Shown one piece after another: positions 11,897 to 25,639 of a DNA stretch of 64,000 nucleotides. How positions within the stretch are numbered: the first letter of the stretch is position 1; each line of letters begins with the position of its first letter. Position numbers and translations under genes: made by a program. Below the pieces are notes generated by a model. That model searched no databases. It was not told the DNA's origin and worked only from the letters and a program-made list of their open reading frames with translations. The DNA lies in the NCBI GenBank assembly GCA_963727485.1, contig CAVSGM010000003.1, forward strand, positions 704,001 to 768,000, in the 5' to 3' direction. Origin of the DNA: an uncultured delta proteobacterium (GTDB lineage: Bacteria; Myxococcota; Myxococcia; SLRQ01).

Positions 11897-12352
11897 TCAG
11901 GCCTCGGGCGGTGCCACCACCGGCCCGTGGGGGCCCTCCTCGGGGGCACCGGCGTCGAGGTAGCTGCGGAGGATGATCTCCGCGGCGATCTGGTCGATGA
12001 CCGCCTTGCGCTTCTGGGGCGGCACGCCCCGGTCCCGGAGGATCCCCTCGGCCTCCCAGGTGGTCAGCCGCTCGTCCCAGAGGACCACGGGGAGGCCCAG
12101 GCGCCTGACGCACTCGCCGGCGAAGCGCCGGGTCTTCTCGGCCCGGGGCCCCTCGGTGCCGTCCATGTTCATGGGCAGGCCGACGACGAGGCGCTCGGGC
12201 TGCCACTCTTCGAGGAGCCGCGTCAGCTCGGGGAAGTCGTGCTTGTGGCCACGGCGCCACACGGTCTCGACGCCGGTGGTGGTGATCCCGAGCTCGTCGC
12301 ACACGGCGACGCCGATGGTCTTGTCGCCGACGTCGAGGGCCATCAGGCGCAT
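11897..12352 (-). CDS. ruvX: YqgF/RuvX pre-16S rRNA nuclease
   Basis: MALDVGDKTIGVAV, VVGLP, WDERLTT, IDQIAA. Confidence 0.95.
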   Translation of the reverse strand: MRLMALDVGDKTIGVAVCDELGITTTGVETVWRRGHKHDFPELTRLLEEWQPERLVVGLPMNMDGTEGPRAEKTRRFAGECVRRLGLPVVLWDERLTTWEAEGILRDRGVPPQKRKAVIDQIAAEIILRSYLDAGAPEEGPHGPVVAPPEA

Positions 12353-12415
12353 GGCGCGCCTCCGGTCACAGGAAGCGGCGCCCGGGCGGACCCGGCGCCG
12401 CGCGTGGGCCGGGGC

Positions 12416-15004
<2,589 letters not shown>

Positions 15005-15674
15005 GCGCCAGAGGGTAACCATGGGATCGGGGGATCAATGGGGGTGGGGGTGGGTCGGCGGCGCCGAAATCGCACCCCGGCTTGCCCACGCCGAGCAGGA
15101 CGCCGACCAGGCGCGGGCCCCGCCGGGTAGTGCGGGCCTGGCACGTCACCTCAAGCGGCCTTCAGCGAGCGCTGATTAGGCGGGCCGTCGGGGAGGCTCG
15201 TGCCAGCGACGAGCCGGGCCGGCAGGTCCCCGCAGCTCGCCGGCGTTCATCACCTTACGCCGTCCATCTCACACTCCCGACCGACCACAAGTCGCAACGT
15301 GAGCGAACGCGCGAAGGCGATGGCCAGGGCCGCTCCAGGGAGTGGTGGTGGACATCCAGGGCACCGCCCGTTGCGATGAGCAACGCCGCGGGCGAGTGAG
15401 GCCAGGGAGTGCAGCTTCGGCCTTGGTCACCGCCGGAGTTCACGGTGCCGCGCCTACTCGGTCATTCTCCAGACCGGTGCTGCGATCGCACAAATTACTG
15501 AAATTTCGCCACTTTTACTGCCTGCGCCGAGCGATGTCAGGGGCCTGATGTAGATACCTTGGGCCCCCGGAGGATCTCTGGCTGGGGGGCCAAATAGTGG
15601 CCTTGCGGGGACTGAACCCATGGTTACTCTCGCTACCCCCTAGGGACACCCAGAACCGGATCGAGGTGCAAGCT

Positions 15675-16731
15675 ATGGCAGAGCTGCAGAGTGAGTTCAG
15701 ACGATTCCACGAGGAGATTGCCTTCGAGCGGGACAACGAGCAGAAGACGCTCTCGGAGAAACGTGAGCGGATCCTCAAGCAGGCTGCAGCGACGCCATCG
15801 CGCAGTTGCGGAGGGATGGCGCCACCATCCCCAGCTACCGGCACCGCAACCAGGGCAGTTACGCGATGGGAACGGGCGTCAAGCCGCTGGACGGCGACTA
15901 CGACCTCGACGTCGCCATCGTGTTCGACCTCGACACCGAGGACTACCCTGACCCGGTCGTCGTGAAGAGCTGGGTGTTCGATGCCGTCATGAAGCACACC
16001 GAGAACGTGCGGATGCGTGAGCCGTGCGTCACCGTCTTCTACCAGGACAAGGGCGAGTTCGTGTACCACGTCGACCTTGCGATTTACGGCCAGAGGGGCG
16101 AGTCGAAGCCGATTCGGTTGGCCCGCGGTCGGAAGGGCGGTGCCGAGGAGTCCCGGCGCTGGGAGGACTCCGATCCCAAGGCTCTGCTCGAGACCGTCCG
16201 TGACCGGTTCGCGGATGAGGACGGCGCCCAGTTCCGGCGGTGCATCCGCTATCTGAAGCGTTGGAAGGACTTCAAGTTCCCGTCCGACGGGAACGCCGCT
16301 CCCCTCGGCATCGCCCTCACTGCGTGCGGCCTCCACTGTTCCAGCCGGTCAAGACCACCGACCCCGTCTCCATGAAGACGACCTACGACGACCGGCAGGC
16401 GCTGCTCAACCTCGTCCACAGGATTCTGGGGGCCTTCCGGCAGACCATTGACCCGACCACAGGTAACGCGGCTTTTCGGCTGGCCGTCAGCCTCCCGATT
16501 CCCCCGGGGAACGACCTCTTCGAGAAGATGAGCGCAAAGCAGCAGTCGGACTTCCACGGAAAGCTCGAGGCCCTGGCCGAGGCGCTGAGGTCCGCCGGCG
16601 ACGACCCCGACCCGCACTCGGCAGGCAAGACCCTCGAAGCGGTCTTCGGCGATGCCTTCCCCGTGCCCGACGAGGAAGACCAGGCGAAGCGCAGGGGCCC
16701 GGCTATCGTGTCGTCCGGCGATGCCGCCTGA
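15675..16731 (+). CDS. CBASS CD-NTase 1 (possibly clade B-like; indels near 15780 and 16337)
   Basis: QGSYAMGTGVKP, DYDLD, HVDLAIY, IRYLKRWKD; C-terminus AIVSSGDAA. Confidence 0.88.
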
Positions 16732-18453
16732 CGGGGAAGGCACAGACGGCGACGCGCACCTTCTGGCTGTCGTCCTGGGCCATCAAGCCCTCCGGAACGC
16801 CCACCGAGTCGAACCGGGCAGCGACGGGCCCCGGGGTGGTCCCTCCGGCCGTCGCTTTGCGGTGGACTGCGAGGTCGACAGCGACTCCGGCGTGGCCCGC
16901 CTCCGGATTGTCGTTCGCCAAGCCTTTCCGCCCAGGTTGCCGGACGTGTACTTGGTCAACGCCGGCGACTTCGACTCCCCGGCCCACGTCGAGGCCGACG
17001 GGCGCGTCTGCTACGTGTCCCAGGAGGGCCTTTCGATTGACCTGGATGCCCCGGAGCTCGTGCTGGCGGAGGCTATCCAGATGGCTGTGGACGTAGTCCT
17101 GGCGTCGGTCAGTGGGAGTAGTCGAGCAGACATCATCGAGGAATTGGACGCCTACTCACGGCAGGCCGGCGCGAAGACGGTGCTGATTTCCCTCGTCGAA
17201 CCGACCGCTGAGATGCGGTCGATCGTGTCACTGCACCGGAAAGGCAAGACGGAGCTCGTAGCCGACTCTGAGGAGGCGGCCGTAGCATTCCAGGACGGGC
17301 TCCGCGGTGCCAGTTCTACGAAGGCCCTCTACATTCCCTTGCCCAACGTCAGCGACGCTTGTCTCCTGGATCCTCGCCGGCTGCAGGAGGCCGGAGCGCT
17401 TCGCACTGTCGTAGAGCGGTCGCTCACCCGGCCAGAGAAGAAGCGACTGCGACGTCTTCTCGCGAAGAAGGCCTCCTACAGCACGGTCGTGGTCGCTCCA
17501 GTCGCGCCGAGCGGCGGCCGTGCGCTTATCGCGTTCCGACGAGTGTGCGAGGGCCGGGCACATCCGCTGTCCGATGAGAGGCTTCGAGACCGAATCGAAC
17601 CCGTCGACCTGAGAAGAGCCGATAGGACACATCTGATCACCCGGGGAGGAGCCTCGCTCCGCCTAGCGGGCGCGCGAGTCGCGCTGGTCGGCTGCGGCGC
17701 GGTCGGTGGCCCACTCGCGCTCGCCTTGGCAGCCGTGGGCGTCGGCAAGATTGACCTATTCGACCCTGATCTCCTGTGGCCCGAGAACATCTACCGGCAC
17801 ATTCTTGGGAAGTCCGCTCTGGGCAAGCAGAAGGCCGTAGCACTCGCCCATGACATCGCCGCCAGATACCCTTACCTTGAAGTGCGCGGCTGGCCGAAGT
17901 CGGCGGAAGACGCGGTCTAGAAGGTCTCCTCGACTTCTCGAAGACCGACCTTGTGTTAGTGGCCATCGGCCAGCCAACTGAGAGCCGCTTGTTGCAGCGC
18001 AGGCTGGCGGCCGCGAACGGACCCCGGGCCGTCTTCACCTGGGTCGAAGCACTTGGTATTGGTGGGCACGCCCTCGCGTCGGCGCCCCGTGGGGAGCCCG
18101 GCTGCTACGACTGTCTGTTCTCCAAGAACGGCGCTCCCTACGCGCGCTCCGACTTCGCGGCGGAGGGGCAAGATCTCACAGCGAGGCTCGCCGGTTGTAG
18201 CTCCAGCTTCACACCGTACAGCTACCTGGACGCGCTCCGCACAGCAGAGCTGGCGGCCAGGCTGGCAACGAAAGTGCTTCTCGGCGAAGAGCCCGAAGCA
18301 ACGCTGATCTCCCGGAAAGGCGATGCGGCCAAGTTCATCACCCAGGGCTACAAGACCTCGGAGCGGTTCAACGCGGCAGGCCCGGAAGTCATCGTCAGGG
18401 GTGAGGCGCTCGCCAATACCGACTGCACGACCTGCGGCAGGGCCGCGGCATGA
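16721..18453 (+). CDS. cap2: CBASS Cap2 E2-E1 (ThiF) fusion (indel near 17917)
   Basis: E2-like FPPRLP...HVEADGRVC; ThiF GCGAVG, DPD, NIYRH; GCYDC, AGCSSSFTPY, CTTC. Confidence 0.88.
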
Positions 18454-19019
18454 CGGCCCTCATCTTCCAGTCGCGTGATGGCTTTCGGCTCAAAGTTTCC
18501 GGGCCGGCTGCCGAACGCCTGCGCTCTCACGCCCAGATGCACGGGAAGTCACCCGAATCTGGTGGTGTGCTGATTGGCCGCGAGATTGAGGCCTCAAGGG
18601 GCCTTCGTGGTGGACTCCTTCACATCGCCAATGAGAGGAGACGGGAAGAAGAGATTCTCGTTCTTCCGGAGGGATACCGGACACCAAGCCGCGATTGACA
18701 AGACGTGGCGCGCCTCCCGCGGTCGTCGCGGCTACCTCGGCGAATGGCACACACATCCGGAGGCTACGCCGAGACCCTCGAGATTGACCGCCAGGACTGG
18801 AGACGCCGGCTCACCCTGGACACCGTTGACGCCCGGTTCGTCGTCTTCCTCATCGTCGGCACGGACAGCATTGGCGCTTGGCGAGGCGAGCGTACTTCCG
18901 GAAGGCTGGAGCAACTGGCCCTAGCGCCTGCCGGTAGCGCGGCGACCGATCCGGTTGAACCAGACTCGCTGGTACGCACCCGCCGGAACGAAGACCGAGG
19001 AGGAGCGGACAGTGAGTAG
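18450..19019 (+). CDS. cap3: CBASS Cap3 JAB/MPN isopeptidase (2 indels)
   Basis: ESGGVLIG and YLGEWHTHPE...S..D JAMM motif. Confidence 0.88.
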
Positions 19020-20229
19020 AGCGTCCAAGAAGGGCAGGGCCAATGGAACGTCCCCGGTCAAGAAAGCTCGCGATGTCGGCCTGACCACGAAGCTGACTCT
19101 ATTCGCACGAGCCGCCGGGCGATGTGAGTTCGCGGGGTGCAACCGAAGCCTGGTCGAGCACCCGATCACCGGTCGCCATGGCAACTTCTCTAGGTTGCAC
19201 ATGTCGTCGCATTCCACGAGGCCGGACCACGGGGGCGTAGCTCGACCCGACCGGCGGACATTAACTGCGTGGAGAACCTCATGCTCCTCTGTCCGACGTG
19301 CCACAAGCACGTTGACGACGAACCGGAGACCTTCACCCGAGAGGTGCTGCTCTCGTACAAGTCTGACCACGAGGAGCGGATTCGCCGCCTTACTGCCTTT
19401 GGGCCGGACATGCAGACAACGGTCGTGCAGCTAAGGGCGCAGATTTCAGGCCGGACCGTGGACATCCCCATCACGCATGTCTACGACGCAGTCGCCCCGC
19501 GGTGGCCCACAGACCAACGCGGCTGGGTCATTGACCTGACGGGCATCGGCAGCGTCGAGACCAAGGCCGGCGCCCAGGCTGCTCAAGAGCAGATTGACCG
19601 AGAAGTGCGTCGAATCTACGACGCGGGTATGGACGTGCAAAGGACCCGCCATGTCTCTTTGTTTGCCCTGGCGCCCATTCCGATTCTGGCCTACCTGGGC
19701 GCTCGACCTTAAGCGACAAGGTGGAGACAGACTTCTTCCAGCGCCATCGCGACTCGGGACTCTCTCCCTGGAAGTGGCGCGACCTCGGAGAGTCAGTGCG
19801 CTACTCGGCTAGCTGTCAACGCTCGGGACGAGCCACCGGGAGCGTCGCTCTGGTGCTCTCCTTGAGTGGCACCATTCTGCCCGATCACCTACCGCCGAGC
19901 GTCAGCGGTGACTGCACCCTTTACGAACTCACGCTCGCGAACGCCAAGCCCAACGTAGACTTCCTCCGGCAACGGCGTGACCTCGACGAGTTTCGTACCG
20001 CCTACCGGGGTTTGCTCTCCGAGATTGCGAGGACACATGGCTCGTTGGAGTCGATTGACGTCTTTCCGGCGGTGCCAGCGCCCATTGCCGTGGTCCTCGG
20101 CTTCGACCGGCTGCCGAAAGCGCACCCGAGCCTAGGCTCTTCGACTACGACCGGGGCCGCGGCGGCTTCCATCCGGTGCTTTCCGTTAGCTCACGAGCCA
20201 GGGCTAGACAGGATAGGGGGACAGATTGA
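19012..20229 (+). CDS. cap5: HNH-SAVED CBASS effector (Cap5-like; 3 indels)
   Basis: GRCEFAGC, AHVVA..GPRG, NLMLLCPTCHKHVD; SAVED-type LFALAPIP, FQRHR, VFPAVPAPIAVVLG. Confidence 0.85.
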
Positions 20230-21149
20230 GCATCCCAGAGAGCCAACTGGAGACATGGTCACATCTAGGCGCCCGAACGCTCTCGAGCGCCACGGCTCGG
20301 TCCATCGCGAGAGCACTGGAGGCACATGAGTGGCCGGAGGGGTGGTCGACCAGCGTCTACCAGCAGGGCTCCTATCGCAACACCACCAACATCAGGGCGA
20401 ACAGCGACGTTGACCTTGTCATAGAGTTGACGTCCACCTTTCGCGTCGACATGAGTGGGCTTACGCCAGAGGAAGAGGAGCGCCTCGTGCCGCTACTTGC
20501 CAAGCGGCCGAAGGCCGACAAGAAGATGCTTGAGGCGTTTCGTTCGGAGGTAAGGTCGGCCCTGGTGTCCAAGTTCGGATGGTGGAAGGTGGATGGCGGC
20601 CGGAAGGCGCTTCAGGTGAACCGGGACAGGCACGGGAACCGGTTGAAGGCGGACATTCTCCCAGCGCTGCAGCACCGGACGTATGTCGGAGGCTCGGCGC
20701 AGCGCTTCTCCTACGTGCCCGGCGTGGCTTTCTGGCCAGACGACTACTTTGTCGACTGCATTGTGAACTACCCGCGCGTGCACTACTCGAATGGCGTCCG
20801 CAAGAACAGGCGCACGAAGGGCCAGTACAAGAGAACGGTCCGGATCTTCAAGAATGCCAAGGCCAGATACGACCGCGACTCCTGGTGCATGAACCTGAAT
20901 GCTCCCTCTACTTCATCGAGTGCCTTCTCTACCAGGCCCAGACGCACTGTTTGCGCAGCCGCTCGAAACAAGGTTCGTCGATATCTGCGCCTGGCTGGGC
21001 GACCACCTGCGCGAACCGGCAGCGAGCCGCTGGCACTGCCAGAAATGAGATCACGGGTCTGTTCGGCACAGGCTCAGACCAGTGGCGTGTAGCGAAGGCG
21101 CGTAGATTCGTTGATGCGATGACTGAACTCTGGAAGGACTACGCCAGCG
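20226..21149 (+). CDS. CBASS CD-NTase 2, CdnE-like (indels about 20905-21045; no clear stop)
   Basis: MSIPESQLETWS, QGSYRNTTNIRANSDVD, ADILP, IVNYP, YKRTVRIFKN, SYFIECLLY, LFG...DQW. Confidence 0.85.
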
Positions 21150-21786
21150 CATCCCTACTCGATTGCGCCGGGTGGCCGCACCAATGCCACTGTCGGTGTC
21201 GTGTTGGTCAGCCTCGGCGCCTCCTACCTCGTGCACATGGCTACCCGGGCACTCGGGGGTCTTCCATGGTGGTCTCGGCGCCATCCGTGTGGGCCTCCAT
21301 CGGCTTCGTCATCGTTCTGGCTGGATCGCTATCTCTGGCGTGTTCGGCTGGTGCGCGGGCTCTTCCAAATCTGCATTCCGGATCTTTCTGGAGACTGGGA
21401 AGGCGAAGTTGAGAGCTCGCACAAGGAGGGATCCGGGCCCGCGGCCGTGACGGCTCGGATTTCCCAGACGTGGCTGCACATCTCGATCGTCCTTGAGACA
21501 GCGACGTCTCGCTCGCAAAGCCTATCCGCCTCCTTCGGGCTGCGTCCTGACATCAAGCTAAAGGTATCAGTTTGCCAACGAGCCGCGCGCTACTGCCGTG
21601 GAGTCAATGCGACCGCACCAGGGAGCGGCCTGTCTCTACTACCGAGACGGAGAACTGGCTGGCGACTACTTCACCAACCAGCACCGAGGCAACTACGGGC
21701 GGTTGACGCTCCGGCGCGTGGAAGCGACGAGTCCCGTGGGGAAGGGTGCGTTCAGAGCCGTGCGCACGGCGCCCCCAGAGGTGTAG
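21150..21786 (+). CDS. cap15: Cap15-like 2TM beta-barrel CBASS effector (indels; start unclear)
   Basis: HPYSI, two TM segments, DRYLWR, IPDLSGDWEGEVESS, ISQTW, SRSQS, NEP, HQG, GDYFT..RGNYG. Confidence 0.8.
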
Positions 21787-21948
21787 TAATCACAGCCGCC
21801 GCTGCGGGCGAAGCTGGCGGCGGCGTACCGTGTGAGAGGCATGGCCCACTTGGCCTTCGCCGAAGGGCGTGGGTCGAAGTGTGGTAGCTTGGACGTTTAT
21901 GTCTAACGTGGGGCCCTAGAGGACCTGTACGTGCAGTCTGAATGAGGG

Positions 21949-22883
21949 ATGGGACAAGACATGCCGACAGCCTTCGACGGCCGGAACCTGCTGCCCGACA
22001 TGCGCCAGAGGAGTTTCCTGGCGGACGCAGACACGATCGATGAGTACTTGGCGGAGAACGGTGTCACCGTTCATGGATCGGGTCAGCCAATCGCCCGATG
22101 GATAGACACGCTCAGGCAGGCCGCAGCGAGTCGGAGTGCCCCGCTACCGCAAGTGAGGGCAACGCCAACAGCGCTCAGGAAGGAGTCGACGGCCCTCGAT
22201 CTGGTAATGGCCACGCGTCTAGCGTGGGCGATTGGTGTACTGCGAGGGGAGCGCAGGCGAGTTGACGTGGCCAAGTCGGTTTTCACAGACGAAATAGCAT
22301 CGCAAGACCTGCCTTTGGACGACACGCGCCGGCCTCTGATGCCAAGGGGCACAGAGACCATCTACCTAGCTGCAAGGATACTCAAGGCGTCACCAAACGG
22401 CACGGTCAGGGTGGGTGGCCGCAAGAGCAAAGGGGTTGATGTGGTCTGGAACGCCTCCGGATGTCCGGAGATCGAGTTCGAGAGGAAGGACCGCGCCTTT
22501 CGTGCGGCGTACGACGGTCGCCCCAGTTCCTTGGCGCGTCACTTCAGGACAGGCATCCTTGAGGCCGCGAAGAAGTTCGAGCCAGGAGAAGCTGCCCGCG
22601 TCGTGGTCATTGGCTGCATGGCCACATGGAAACAGATTCCAGACCTCCGAAACATACTTCTTCAAGAGAGGGCGGCGTTGGCAGGGGAACTCGCCAACTA
22701 CCCAGCCGGGCCGCACGTGGCGATCAGCTACTGTGTAGGCGTGGAGATCACGGGCAGCGCGTCATTCCGCACGACAGCCGGTACCTACTCGAGATGCGGC
22801 CCTTCGGGGAGGTCCGGAGCCGGTTCTTCCGTGTCTGGAAGCTGTCTTTGGGCCGCGCAGTATGTGAAGCGAGTTCGGCATAG
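21949..22883 (+). CDS. Hypothetical protein, possible PD-(D/E)xK nuclease fold
   Basis: Long ORF with island-type codon usage; VDVVW...IEFERK motif; likely indel near 22755. Confidence 0.5.
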
Positions 22884-23034
22884 AAGCCGACGAGAAGTGA
22901 CAGCGCAGGTGGCACCACGCGGCCTTCACAGACTGGTCGCTGCGGTTGCGCGACTCGTGTCTGCGTACGCGCCGGATGGGCGGACTGCACCGGGTGAATG
23001 CGTGGCCCGCGTACGACTCCTGGTGCAGAGGATG

Positions 23035-24190
23035 CTAGTGTCCCGTTTGTGTAGTGCTGTTGACGGCCGGGTGCGAGTATGATCTACGATGCCGATGGCA
23101 TCCAAACACCGCATCGAGTTGACTGACAGTGATCGCAGCGAGCTGGAGGGCTGGCTGCGTACAACGACGATCAGCAAGGGCCTCGCGGACCGCGCCCGGA
23201 TGATCCTCTTGGCCGCAGACGGGTTGTCCGTGCGGAAGACTGCGGAGCGGATCGGCGTATCGTCGATGAGCGTCTTCCGGTGGCGGAAGCGCTTTGCCGC
23301 CGAAGGCATCGCGGGCCTGAAGGACCGCCCGCGCTCTGGGCAGCCGCGCAAGATGACACCGGCCAAGGCCAAGGAGATCCTGCGGCTCACCACCGAGCGG
23401 ATCCCCAAGGAGGCGACGCACTGGAGCCTTCGGCTGATGGCCAAGTACGCCGGAGTGACGGTCCACCAGGTCCGGCAGGTGTGGATGGCCGCCGACCTTC
23501 GACCTCACCGCCTCAAGACCTTCAAGATCAGCAAGGACCCCCGCTTCGCCGAGAAGGTCGTGGACGTCGTCGGGCTCTACCTCCACCCGCCGGCCAACGC
23601 CGTGGTGCTCTCGGTGGACGAGAAGACGCAGATCCAGGCCCTCGACCGCACCCAGCCGATGCTCCCGTTGCGGCCGGGCCAGGTGGAGCGGCGGACCCAC
23701 GACTACGAGCGCCACGGGACGGCAAGCCTCTACGCCGCTTTCGACATCGCGTCGGGCAAGGTGCTCGGACGGGTGACTCACCGACATCGGGCCAAGGAGT
23801 TCCTGGCGTTTCTTCGCCAGATTGACAAGGCCGTGCCGGAGTGGCTCGACCTGCATCTCATCCTCGACAACTCGAGCACGCATACCACGCCGGAGGTTGA
23901 GGCGTTCCTCGAGAAGCATCCTCGGTTCGAGCTTCACTTCACGCCCACCAGCGCGTCGTGGCTCAACGCGGTCGAGGGGTGGTTCTCGTTGCTGGAGCGC
24001 CGGTCGGTTCGGCGAAACTCGTTCACGAGTGTGGAGGCACTCCGGCAGGAGCTCCGTCGTTTCATCGCCGCCCACAACGCCGAGTCGGCCAAGCCCTTCA
24101 TCTGGACGAAGTCTGCTGAAGCGATCATCGGATCGGTCAACCGCGCAAAGGCTCGCGCGACGGAACAGAACTAACCAAACGGGACACTAG
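23035..24190. mobile_element. IS630-family insertion sequence
   Basis: Perfect terminal inverted repeat CTAGTGTCCCGTTTG / CAAACGGGACACTAG including the duplicated TA in a CTAG target. Confidence 0.93.
23089..24174 (+). CDS. IS630 transposase
   Basis: HTH, SVDEKTQIQAL, ILDNSSTH, SWLNAVEGWF DDE motifs. Confidence 0.95.
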   Translation: MPMASKHRIELTDSDRSELEGWLRTTTISKGLADRARMILLAADGLSVRKTAERIGVSSMSVFRWRKRFAAEGIAGLKDRPRSGQPRKMTPAKAKEILRLTTERIPKEATHWSLRLMAKYAGVTVHQVRQVWMAADLRPHRLKTFKISKDPRFAEKVVDVVGLYLHPPANAVVLSVDEKTQIQALDRTQPMLPLRPGQVERRTHDYERHGTASLYAAFDIASGKVLGRVTHRHRAKEFLAFLRQIDKAVPEWLDLHLILDNSSTHTTPEVEAFLEKHPRFELHFTPTSASWLNAVEGWFSLLERRSVRRNSFTSVEALRQELRRFIAAHNAESAKPFIWTKSAEAIIGSVNRAKARATEQN

Positions 24191-24269
24191 TCGCCCGCAA
24201 CAGTCGTGATTGAGCGCCCCGCGGCGGCCAGCCCCGTTGCCTCAAGGTGGCGCCGCCATGGGGCCGGAT

Positions 24270-24345
24270 CTACACGGGTGCTCGCAGGGGGCCACACGAT
24301 GAGGCTCTTCGCGATGCCGGCGCTCGGCCTCGCCGCCACCGCGGC
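24270..24345 (+). repeat. Degenerate third copy of the lipocalin upstream region and signal peptide
   Basis: GGCCACACGATGAGGCTCTTCGCGATGCCGGCGCTCGGCCTCGCC resembles GGACACACGATGAAGCTGCTCGCGATGCTGGCCCTGGGCCTCGCC at about 31901. Confidence 0.65.
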
Positions 24346-24467
24346 CGCCCCGATGCCGTCGCCAACCCATTCCTCGCCCCCGCCCGCCTGGGCGCTGAGC
24401 ATCGAAGCCCAACACCACGCCTGGGTTCGGATCGCCGGAGTCGCCCCCCTGGCGTAGAGTGCTCCCC

Positions 24468-25636
24468 GTGCTCACGACCCTCGCCATCGCGGGCTACCGC
24501 TCCCTGGTGGACCTCCGGGTCGGCCTCGCGGGGCCTCAACGTGGTCACCGGGCCCAACGGCAGCGGCAAGTCGAACCTCCACCGGGCGCTGCGGCTGCTC
24601 GCCGACACCGCCGAGGGGCGCCTCATCCCCGCCCTGGCGCGCGAGGGCGGGATCCCGTCGGTGGCCTGGGCGGGGCCCCAGGAGGCCACCCGGCGCTTCG
24701 AGACCGGGGAGCTGGCCATCACCGACCACGTCCAGGACGCCCACGCGCCCCTGCGCCTGCGCCTCGGCTTCGCCGACGAGGACCTGGGCTACGCCATCGT
24801 CCTGGGCCGGCCGGTGCCCGTGCCCGATCCCTTTTCGACCAGGACCCGGAGATCAAGCGCGAGGTGATCTTCGCCGGGCCCGCGTGGACCCGCGCCCGCG
24901 CCCTGGTCGACCGCGCCGGCTCCGTGGTTAAGGTGGCCAGGGCCGCAGCTGGAAGGTCATCGCCCAGGACGTGCCGCCGTACCAGGGGCTCTTCGACCTC
25001 GGCGCCGATCCGGCCCTGGCCCCCGAGGTCGTCCGCCTCCGGGAGCGCATCCGCGGCTGGCGCTTCTACGACCACCTGCGCACCGACGACGACGCCCCGG
25101 CCCGGAGCCCCCAGGTGGCCACCCGCACCCCCGTCCTCGCCGCCGACGGCGCCGACCTGGCCTCGGCCCTCCAGACCATCCTCGAGATCGGCGACGGGCA
25201 GGCGCTCGAGGCCGCCATCGCCGACGCCTTCCCCGGGTCGGGCCTGGAGATCGGCAGGCCCGCCGAGGGGCGCCTCGGCGTCGGCCTGCGCCAGGACGGC
25301 CTCCTGCGCACCCTCGACGCCGCCGAGCTCTCCGACGGCACCCTGCGCTACCTGCTCCTGGTCGCGGCGCTGCTCACGCCCCGGCCCCCGCCGCTGATGG
25401 TCCTCAACGAGCCGGAGACCAGCCTCCACCCGGCGCTCCTCCCGGCGCTGGGTCGCCTCCTCGCCGCCGCCGCGACGCAGGGCCAGGTCTGGGTGGTGAC
25501 CCACGCCCAGGCCCTGGCCGCGGCGCTCGCCGGGTCCGAGGGGCACCAGGCCATCGCCCTGGAGAAGCACCAGGGCGCCACGCGCATCGCCGGCCAGGGG
25601 CTCCTCGACAGCCCGAGCTGGCACTGGCCGGAGTAA
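24468..25636 (+). CDS. ABC/SMC-like AAA ATPase (indels)
   Basis: GYRSL, GPNGSGKSN, ELSDGTLRYL, LNEPETSLHP, VTH. Confidence 0.85.
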
Positions 25637-25639
25637 GGG

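Noticed and set aside
15023..15674. tRNA, att site or integrase remnant at the island's left boundary
   Set aside because: No cloverleaf, direct repeat or recombinase motif found; only an AT-rich probable promoter patch near 15490-15520.
15675..21786. CBASS as a decayed pseudogene cluster
   Set aside because: Lesions are single-base indels at CTNAG or homopolymers while catalytic motifs are intact, which fits sequencing error better; not excluded without reads.
21880..21910. dif-like or attC-like sequence TTATGTCTAAC
   Set aside because: Resembles a XerD arm or attC R'' box, but there is no XerC arm or matching R' box.
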